Source: an uncultured Bacteroidales bacterium
GTDB lineage: Bacteria > Bacteroidota > Bacteroidia > Bacteroidales > JACABE01
Direction of reading: 5' to 3'
Length of the DNA: 47,010 nucleotides
Assembly (NCBI GenBank): GCA_903899825.1
Contig: CAIUKU010000192.1
Coordinates: 1-47,010, forward strand
The translations under genes and the position numbers were made by a program. The notes under the pieces were generated by a model. That model was not told where the DNA came from and ran no database searches. It saw nothing but the letters and a program-made list of their open reading frames with translations. Positions 19,033-25,432 of this stretch are shown one piece after another. Within the stretch, counting starts at the first letter, position 1. Each line of letters begins with the position of its first letter.

Positions 19033-19111
19033 CGAAGTTGGAAGAACGAAGTAGACAGTAAAGGAGAAAGGTTAAAGTAGAAAGGTTAAAGTAAAAAGGT
19101 TAAAGTAAAAA
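19033..19111 (+). repeat. Purine-rich word block (14-bp period GGTTAAAGTARAAA x3) directly after the dprA stop
   Basis: GGTTAAAG occurs at 19069, 19083 and 19097. The + strand is C-free from 19056 to 19118. Three exact words are shared in reverse complement with 16663-16790. Confidence 0.85.
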
Positions 19112-19154
19112 GATAAAAACTTAATATCAAAGCCATTCCAACCTCATCTCCACC

Positions 19155-19203
19155 CTCCCGATGAATCGGGACAGGCTTTCTTTCCGATGAATCGGAACAG
19201 GCT
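19155..19203. repeat. Two tandem hairpin words: TCCCGATGAATCGGGACAGGCT and TTCCGATGAATCGGAACAGGCTC
   Basis: Stems are CCCGA/TCGGG and CCGA/TCGG with loop TGAA and a conserved ACAGGCT tail. Related copies lie at 12444 and 19997. Confidence 0.7.
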
Positions 19204-19310
19204 CTGAATTGAGAAGGGAGGTTCTTCGAATCAAATCTTTCCTTATTTCAAAGTAAAAAAAAGATAAAAACATTATCCACGAAGCAGGACCGACCTCAAA
19301 TCATTTACGC

Positions 19311-19447
19311 TACAAAACAAGCTTTTTTAAATAGCGGTGGGACTGGCAAGCAATACAGTATAGCGAAGGATAATGTTAGATTATTTGGAAAATGTTATTT
19401 TCGCTATAAATGTATTGCGCTGGAAATTTAAAAAGCGTAGTTTTGAA
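19311..19447. repeat. ~137-nt imperfect long palindrome (possible structured RNA or MITE-like core)
   Basis: Four pairings can be read by eye. CAAAAC (19313-18) pairs with GTTTTG (19440-45). GCTTTTTTAAAT (19321-32) pairs with ATTTAAAAAGC (19426-36). GCAATACA (19350-57) pairs with TGTATTGC (19411-18). TATAGCGAA (19359-67) pairs with TTCGCTATA (19400-08). Confidence 0.6.
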
Positions 19448-19475
19448 GTAAAGGATTTGCAGTCTTGAGGTTTTG

Positions 19476-19501
19476 GTTCTTTTGCTTCAAGGCAAAAGAA
19501 C
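19476..19501. repeat. Perfect 10-bp stem hairpin GTTCTTTTGC-TTCAAG-GCAAAAGAAC
   Basis: Read directly from the sequence. No T run follows on either strand, so I do not call it a terminator. Confidence 0.6.
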
Positions 19502-19693
19502 AGAAAAAAATAAAACCGGAAATTTCAACCTCATTAAGAATCATTAAAGGCTTTCACCCGAAATCAGAACAGAGGTTCTTCGAATCAAATTATTCCTTTT
19601 TATAATGCTATAAAAAATAAAAAAATCGCACTGTCAGAATTCCTCCCATTTTAGGGGAGGCTAGGTGGGGTCGTATAAATTTCGGAGAAAACC

Positions 19694-19735
19694 CTCAGTG
19701 TTGCTCTGTGAAATCTCTGTGTTACTCTGTGTAAT
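19694..19735. repeat. CTCTGTG x3 word block (~10-bp spacing)
   Basis: CTCTGTG occurs at 19704, 19715 and 19725. A partial complement CACAAAGAG lies ~20 nt downstream. Confidence 0.6.
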
Positions 19736-19821
19736 CATTCTTAAAAATAACACAAAGAGACCCAATGACTGAAAATATGTTCCACTGAGAAATACTTCCT
19801 TCTTCCCTATTTTAGTAAGCT

Positions 19822-19968
19822 ATTCAAACAAATCGAGTTTGTATTTGAACAAGCGGAATTTGAATTGAAAAAACGAGAATTACGATTGAAACAATGCCAA
19901 ATACGATTGAAACAAGTAAGTTTTTCATTTGAACAACCTCCTTTTCTATTTAAACAAGCCTGGTTTGT
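19822..19968. repeat. Seven perfectly phased 21-bp units (conserved head ATTKRAACAA plus variable 11-nt tail)
   Basis: The units start at 19822, 19843, 19864, 19885, 19906, 19927 and 19948. Their heads are attcaaacaa, atttgaacaa, attgaaaaaa, attgaaacaa, attgaaacaa, atttgaacaa and atttaaacaa. Confidence 0.85.
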
Positions 19969-19996
19969 ATGCTATCACCATCAGCCCATCCTCAAT

Positions 19997-20019
19997 TTCC
20001 GATAAATCGGAACAGGCTC
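19997..20019. repeat. Hairpin word TTCCGATAAATCGGAACAGGCTC
   Basis: Same family as 19181-19203. The downstream context is also similar (CT..GAGAAGGGAGG versus CT..CAAAGGGAAGG). Confidence 0.65.
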
Positions 20020-20111
20020 TTCTCAAAGGGAAGGACTTCAGAAAAGTAATATAATTCATATCTTATTTTGAAAAGATAATTTTAAAAAGGCACAGCATTA
20101 TCAATTATACA

Positions 20112-20139
20112 CTCAACTAAAGCCTCCCCTTCGGGGAGG
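20112..20139 (-). terminator. Intrinsic terminator candidate for rodA
   Basis: On the minus strand, CCTCCCC-GAA-GGGGAGG (7-bp GC-rich stem) is followed by CTTTAGTT. It lies 18 nt past the rodA stop. Confidence 0.5.
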
Positions 20140-20157
20140 TTTGGAGGGGCCAATTGT

Positions 20158-21417
20158 TTACAGCAAATTCAACCTATAAGAATCCTGTTTGATAAAGATA
20201 AAAAGTAATATTGTAAACGACCATAAGGAAGAGCCCCCATAGCTAAAAAACGGAAGGGGAATGCCTATGACAGGCAACAATCCCAGCGCCATCCCAATAT
20301 TTACAAAAATGTGCATAAACAATATGGAAGCCACGCCATAACCATAAATACGGCTAAAAGGTGAGCGTTGCCGTTCGGCCACAAAAATAATACGGATGAG
20401 CAGACCAATGAGCAGACCTACTACTACAAAACTTCCGATAAAGCCCCATTCTTCACCTACGGTACAAAAAATAAAATCGGTACTTTGTTCGGGTACAAAA
20501 TTAAATTTGGTCTGTGTACCGTTCAGATAACCTTTTCCTAAAAATCCTCCGGAACCAATGGCTATTTTGGATTGATTTACATTGTAGCCCGCTCCTTTCA
20601 GATCCAGTTCTTTACCCAACAAAACGTTGATACGCTGGCGTTGATGGTCCTGTAATACATTTTTAAAAACATAATCCACAATAAAAATAAAACTGATGGT
20701 TAACACCAGAAAAGCAACTACCGTGATGATACCTCTCCTGTTTTTCCTAATAAAAAATACGAAAATCAGGGCAAGTGCAATTACAATACCCGAAAGTATA
20801 AACTGATTCATAATCAGGGCAAGCACAAAGAGTATGGCTATGATTAAACCGAATATTAAGATATTGCCCGATAATCCTTCACGATACAAAACCAGTATAA
20901 AAACGGCATACACAATAGCCGAACCTGTATCGTTTTGTAATAGGATTAACAAGGCAGGCACAAGCAAAATCAGGGTGGCATACACCTTGGTTTTTACCTC
21001 TTTAATATGAATATCGGTAGAACTCAGAAACTTTGCCAATGCAAGATTACTCGCAAATTTGGCAAATTCCGAGGGTTGTAATCCAAAACCTCCTATTTCG
21101 AACCATGATTTGGAGCCGGCTGTTGTTTTGCCTGTAATCAATACGATAATCAGTAAGAGCAGAAAAAAACCGTAAATGCCAAAAGCAAACTGAGAGAAAA
21201 ATTTTGGATCTATCGCCATAATAAACAAAGCAAGGAGTGCTGAAGTAGCAATCCATATCAGTTGTTTTCCATAACTTTGACCAAAATCAAAAATACTTTT
21301 GTGATTTTCGTCATAAACCGCTGCATAGATATTGAGCCAGCCCATAAAGACCAGGCAAGTGTACATGCCAACCATTACCCAATCAATATTTCCTAATATG
21401 CTTTTTTGTTCTCTCAA
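20158..21417 (-). CDS. rodA: Rod shape-determining protein RodA (SEDS family, FtsW/RodA/SpoVE)
   Basis: 419 aa, polytopic. The conserved N-terminus is NIDWVMVGMYTCLVFMGWLNIYAA. The C-terminal region is LPVIGIPLPFFSYGGSS. An apparent TTG start overlaps the mrdA stop. Confidence 0.9.
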   Translation of the reverse strand: MREQKSILGNIDWVMVGMYTCLVFMGWLNIYAAVYDENHKSIFDFGQSYGKQLIWIATSALLALFIMAIDPKFFSQFAFGIYGFFLLLLIIVLITGKTTAGSKSWFEIGGFGLQPSEFAKFASNLALAKFLSSTDIHIKEVKTKVYATLILLVPALLILLQNDTGSAIVYAVFILVLYREGLSGNILIFGLIIAILFVLALIMNQFILSGIVIALALIFVFFIRKNRRGIITVVAFLVLTISFIFIVDYVFKNVLQDHQRQRINVLLGKELDLKGAGYNVNQSKIAIGSGGFLGKGYLNGTQTKFNFVPEQSTDFIFCTVGEEWGFIGSFVVVGLLIGLLIRIIFVAERQRSPFSRIYGYGVASILFMHIFVNIGMALGLLPVIGIPLPFFSYGGSSLWSFTILLFIFIKQDSYRLNLL

Positions 21418-23234
21418 TGTTTCGACATTAAATTAGCGTTGATCATTCTTTCTTCCAGGTCTTTGCGTTTATCACCTTTGATGCTTTTACGTATATATTT
21501 TTCTATCATCAGACTTGCTATGGGAGCAGCCCAAACGCCACCAAAACCGGCATTTTCAATATAAACAGCAATGGCTATTTTTGGATTTACCCTGGGAGCA
21601 AAAGCAATAAAAATCGAATGGTCTTCACCATGTGGATTCTGGGCAGTACCGGTTTTTCCACATACTACTATGCTGTCTATTCTTGCCTGAGAAGCGGTTC
21701 CTCCCGGCTCATTCACCACTTCATACATCGCATCTGCCACTACCTGAAAATATTTATCCCTGACTTTGGTAAGATTCTTTTTCAAATAAAGCGGATTGAT
21801 GGTTTTATTCTTACCAATGGCTTTTACAAAATGAGGCGTGTAAAAATAGCCTTTGTTTGCAAAGATAGCTGCAATATTTGCCATCTGTAAAGGAATGATT
21901 CCCATTTCGCCTTGTCCGATACTCAATGAATAAATGGTACTGAATGCCCAGGCATGGTGACCGTAGATTTTATCGTAATAAAGGGCATCAGGAATGCGGC
22001 CTTTTTTTAAGTTTGGAATATCAACATCCAGGCGTTGTCCTAAGCCAAAACTCATGGCTTTGTCATTCCAGAGATTTAAGCCCAGTTCACTGTCCTTGAA
22101 TCTGTCATTGGCAAGACCATGCTGTATCACCTTTCTGAAAACCTGATAGAAATAAGGATTGCACGACATTTTGATGGCACTTTTTAAATCACTTGCATTG
22201 GGATGTTTATGACAGCCCAACAGGGATTTATCACAGGGAAAAGCTGTTCGTTCGCTGATAACACCTTCTTCGAGACCTATTAAGGATTGAATGATTTTAA
22301 AGATGGAACCCGGAGGATAAACCGCCATCAAAGCTCTGTCGAATAATGGTTTGCGTGGATCTTTCAATAATAAGTTGTAATTCATCCCTCTTACCCTGCC
22401 AACCAAAAGGTTAGGATCATAAGAAGGACTTGATACCATGGATAAAATTTCTCCACTGCCTGGTTCAATAGCAACAATACTACCGATTTTATTTTTCATC
22501 AATAACTCTCCGTAAGCCTGTAAGTCAGCATCCAACGAAGAGTGGAGTGCTTCGCCGGCAATAGCAACCGTATCGTAAATACCATTATGAAAACTCCCTT
22601 TTTCGCGGTTGAAAACATCATACATCACGATTTTTGAACCTTTTTGACCTCTCAAAATACTTTCGTAGTATTTTTCCAGTCCACTCATCCCAATATAATC
22701 TCCGGATTTGTAATAGACGTCGGTAACATTGGCACCCACTTCCCCGATATAACCCAATGCATGAGCGGCAATAGATAAGGGATATTTCCGTAAGGTCCTG
22801 GATTGTACATAAAACCCGCTGTATTTATAGAGTTTCTCCTGCAGATAACCATAATTTTCTTTTGAAATCTGTTTTTCAAAAATGGAGGCTGCATAAGGTG
22901 AATATTCTCTGGCTTTTTTTAGTTTTAAAATCAAATATTCCCTGGTAATACCAACCAATTTGCAAAGCTCAACTGTATCGAAAGCTTTAACTTGTTTTGG
23001 AATAACCATTAAGTCATACACCGCTTCATTATAAACGAGCAATTTATTATTGCGGTCATAAATTAATCCACGTGCAGGGTAATTGGTAACAAAACGCAAT
23101 GCATTTTTATTGGCCGATAATACATAGCTGTTGTCGATAACCTGAAGGAAAAACAAACGGGCAATAAAAATAATACCTACTACCACAAAAATGGCAACTA
23201 CCACATATCTTCTGCTGTTATAGGTTGTTTTCAT
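21414..23234 (-). CDS. mrdA: Penicillin-binding protein 2 (elongasome transpeptidase)
   Basis: 606 aa with an N-terminal anchor helix and a PBP dimerisation domain. The transpeptidase motifs are SIFK (SxxK), SCN (SxN) and KTGTA. Confidence 0.9.
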   Translation of the reverse strand: MKTTYNSRRYVVVAIFVVVGIIFIARLFFLQVIDNSYVLSANKNALRFVTNYPARGLIYDRNNKLLVYNEAVYDLMVIPKQVKAFDTVELCKLVGITREYLILKLKKAREYSPYAASIFEKQISKENYGYLQEKLYKYSGFYVQSRTLRKYPLSIAAHALGYIGEVGANVTDVYYKSGDYIGMSGLEKYYESILRGQKGSKIVMYDVFNREKGSFHNGIYDTVAIAGEALHSSLDADLQAYGELLMKNKIGSIVAIEPGSGEILSMVSSPSYDPNLLVGRVRGMNYNLLLKDPRKPLFDRALMAVYPPGSIFKIIQSLIGLEEGVISERTAFPCDKSLLGCHKHPNASDLKSAIKMSCNPYFYQVFRKVIQHGLANDRFKDSELGLNLWNDKAMSFGLGQRLDVDIPNLKKGRIPDALYYDKIYGHHAWAFSTIYSLSIGQGEMGIIPLQMANIAAIFANKGYFYTPHFVKAIGKNKTINPLYLKKNLTKVRDKYFQVVADAMYEVVNEPGGTASQARIDSIVVCGKTGTAQNPHGEDHSIFIAFAPRVNPKIAIAVYIENAGFGGVWAAPIASLMIEKYIRKSIKGDKRKDLEERMINANLMSKH

Positions 23235-23269
23235 CTATTTTGTTAATCGGTATTCATTTATTTTTATTC

Positions 23270-23306
23270 AAAAAACCCTGCTGGTATTAAAACCATAACA
23301 GGGTTT
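23270..23306 (-). terminator. Intrinsic terminator after the DEAD-box helicase gene
   Basis: Stem AAACCCTG / CAGGGTTT with inner TGGT/ACCA pairing. A T run follows on the minus strand. It lies ~38 nt past the helicase stop. Confidence 0.55.
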
Positions 23307-23343
23307 GTTGTATAATTACAATAGCAGGAATAAAATCAATGTG

Positions 23344-25398
23344 TTACCATCTTTTTTTGCTGGGTCTTCCTGTTCTGCTGGTCTTGTCGGATTCTCTTTT
23401 GTTGATACTTGTATTTGGATCTCTTTTAAAACGTCCGTCTGATTCTCTTGAAGGAGGACGATTGTCAGATTCTTTTTTAAAGCGGTTGTCAGATTCTCTC
23501 GGAGGACGACTCTCTGCATCTCCTTTAAAACGTCTATCTGATACTCTCGGTGGACGGCTGCCTGCATCTTTATTGAAACGGCTTCCCGATGATTCTTTGT
23601 TCCATTCTTTTCTTTCGCCAACACCACGGTCGCTGCTTCTTCTGTCATCACTTCTTTTGTCGTCACCTCTTCTTGCAAAACTGCGTCTTTCGTCGCTTCT
23701 GCTTTCATTTCTTCTGGGAGAGGAGCGTCTGTCACCTCCACCATAGCTGGATTCACGACGTCCACGGCTTCTTCCTTCGTCAGAGCCATCTTTTCTGGGC
23801 GATGATTGTTCAATGGCAACAAATCGGTCGCCATATCTTACATCTTTAAATGCAGCCAGTATCATATCCAGATAGCCTGCTTCCACTTCAAAGAAAGAAA
23901 AAGATTTAAGGATTTCAATTTTACCTATTTTTATATCTTTGCTTTGCATTACATCATTCAGCAAACCAATCAAATGAGGCGGTTGTAAACCATCCATTTT
24001 CCCAAGATTGATAAATAATCTGGCAAAGCCTTCTGATGTTTCAGGTTTACCGGAACGCTCATTGCCTTTTTCTGAAACATTCAGATCCGGTGCATTTCGG
24101 TAATACGTTAAAAAGCGATTGAACTCAACAGAAACAAAACGTTTAATTAAATCTTCCTTGCTGAGCTCTTCTAGTTTTTTATAAATAACCGGCAAAAAGT
24201 CAGTAATTTCTTCTTCTTTTACAGCTACCTTTTCCATTTTATCAATCATGTGAAAAAGCTGCTTTTCGCAAACTTCTTTTCCATTGGGAATTTTAGCCAT
24301 TTTAAAGCTTTTACCCAGTTGTCTTTCAATATCCTTAATTTTATGCTTTTCACGCATATTGGTAATGGCAATGGAAATTCCGGATTTATCGGCTCTGCCG
24401 GTTCTGCCACTTCGGTGAGTGTATGCTTCAATTTCGTCAGGAAGGTTATAGTTAATGACATGGGTAAGGTCATTTACATCTAATCCTCTGGCTGCAACAT
24501 CCGTAGCTACCAGCATTTGAAGATTCCTAACCCTGAATTTATTCATCACGTTGTCACGCTGAACCTGAGATAAATCTCCATGTAAAGCATCGGCATTGTA
24601 ACCATCTTTGATCAGCCAGTCTGCCACTTCCTGTGTTTCCCGGCGGGTACGGCAAAATATAATCGCGTATATGTCCGGATAATAATCTGCAATTCTTTTA
24701 AGGGCAAGGTAACGGTCTTTGGCATGCACCAGATAGCAATAATGCTTTACATTATCTGAACCTGAATTACGCGATCCTACTGTAATTTCTACAGGTTTGT
24801 TCATATAGCCCCTGGCAATCTTTTCAACCTGGGTTGGCATGGTTGCCGAAAACAACCAGGTATTTTTAGTTCTGGGTGTTTCTTTTAGTATTTCATTCAA
24901 TTCATCCTGAAATCCCATGTCGAGCATTTCATCGGCTTCGTCTAAAACAGCATATTTGATATTGCTAAGATTAATTTTGCCTCTTCTCATCAAATCGAGC
25001 ATTCGACCGGGAGTAGCAACAATAACATTCACACCTCTTGACAATTGCCTCATCTGGGTTTCAATATTTGCACCCCCATAAATTGGGATTACTTTGAATG
25101 TTTCAATATATTTTGCATAGGATTTTAAATCGTTTGCAATTTGAATGCACAACTCTCGGGTTGGACATAAAATAAGTGCCTCAGGAATGAGGTTGTTACT
25201 GTCAATTTTGTTGATGAGAGGCAATCCAAATGCAGCTGTTTTGCCAGTACCTGTTTGAGCAAGTGCAACTAAATCGGTTTCTTTTTCCAATAAAACAGGG
25301 ATTACCTCTTCCTGAACCGGCATTGCTCTTTCAAAACCTAATTCTTCAATAGCTTTCAATACGCGAGCATCAATGCCTAATTCGCTAAATGTTTTCAT
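23344..25398 (-). CDS. deaD: DEAD-box ATP-dependent RNA helicase with a DbpA-type RNA-binding domain and a low-complexity R/S/D-rich C-terminal tail
   Basis: 684 aa. The helicase motifs are AQTGTGKT, PTRELC, DEAD (VLDEADEML), SAT and HRSGRTGRA. A DbpA-like domain lies around GKIEILKSFSFFEV. The last ~155 aa are repetitive (SRPPRxSDxRFK units). Confidence 0.9.
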   Translation of the reverse strand: MKTFSELGIDARVLKAIEELGFERAMPVQEEVIPVLLEKETDLVALAQTGTGKTAAFGLPLINKIDSNNLIPEALILCPTRELCIQIANDLKSYAKYIETFKVIPIYGGANIETQMRQLSRGVNVIVATPGRMLDLMRRGKINLSNIKYAVLDEADEMLDMGFQDELNEILKETPRTKNTWLFSATMPTQVEKIARGYMNKPVEITVGSRNSGSDNVKHYCYLVHAKDRYLALKRIADYYPDIYAIIFCRTRRETQEVADWLIKDGYNADALHGDLSQVQRDNVMNKFRVRNLQMLVATDVAARGLDVNDLTHVINYNLPDEIEAYTHRSGRTGRADKSGISIAITNMREKHKIKDIERQLGKSFKMAKIPNGKEVCEKQLFHMIDKMEKVAVKEEEITDFLPVIYKKLEELSKEDLIKRFVSVEFNRFLTYYRNAPDLNVSEKGNERSGKPETSEGFARLFINLGKMDGLQPPHLIGLLNDVMQSKDIKIGKIEILKSFSFFEVEAGYLDMILAAFKDVRYGDRFVAIEQSSPRKDGSDEGRSRGRRESSYGGGDRRSSPRRNESRSDERRSFARRGDDKRSDDRRSSDRGVGERKEWNKESSGSRFNKDAGSRPPRVSDRRFKGDAESRPPRESDNRFKKESDNRPPSRESDGRFKRDPNTSINKRESDKTSRTGRPSKKRW

Positions 25399-25424
25399 TT
25401 TTTTTGTGTATTTTTAATAATCTG

Positions 25425-25432
25425 CAAAAGTA
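25425..25432 (-). promoter_or_regulatory. Bacteroidota -7 box (TACTTTTG) upstream of the helicase gene
   Basis: Exact TAnnTTTG on the minus strand, ~27 nt upstream of the ATG at 25398. Confidence 0.4.

Noticed and set aside
19024-19080. 18-codon ORF (MEIRSWKNEVDSKGERLK) whose ATG overlaps the dprA stop (TAATG).
   Set aside because: Its sequence is simply the translation of the purine-rich repeat words. The equivalent words after the glycosyltransferase gene have no start codon. There is no evidence beyond the overlap.
16560-19130. Invertible or excisable segment bounded by inverted repeats around the glycosyltransferase-dprA pair.
   Set aside because: The shared words are individually inverted, but their order is not mirrored (A'-B' on the left versus A-B on the right). 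No recombinase or invertase gene is nearby, and both enclosed genes are core functions.
19822-19968. CRISPR-like interpretation of the 21-bp array.
   Set aside because: A 10-nt repeat with an 11-nt spacer is far below CRISPR dimensions. The repeat is not palindromic or strictly identical, and there are no cas genes or leader in the window.
19025-20157. Chromosomal replication origin (oriC) or plasmid-type oriV in the long spacer.
   Set aside because: I found only one near-consensus DnaA box (TTATCCACG at 19273). There is no cluster of boxes and no adjacent dnaA, dnaN or rep gene. The 21-bp units do not resemble DnaA boxes.
19025-20157. tmRNA, RNase P RNA or another housekeeping ncRNA hidden in the spacer.
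   Set aside because: I could not find the conserved RNase P GGAAAGTCC-type core, a tRNA-like acceptor/T-arm end, or a tag-peptide reading frame. The region is better explained as concatenated short repeats. An Rfam scan is still advisable.
23316-23849. Three long ORFs (172 aa on the minus strand, 135 aa and 86 aa on the + strand) overlapping the 3' end of the helicase gene.
   Set aside because: They lie in alternative frames or antisense to the repetitive low-complexity tail. Their translations are themselves low-complexity (L/S-rich or E/T/K-rich) and have no independent start context. Repeat DNA of this kind often lacks stops in several frames.
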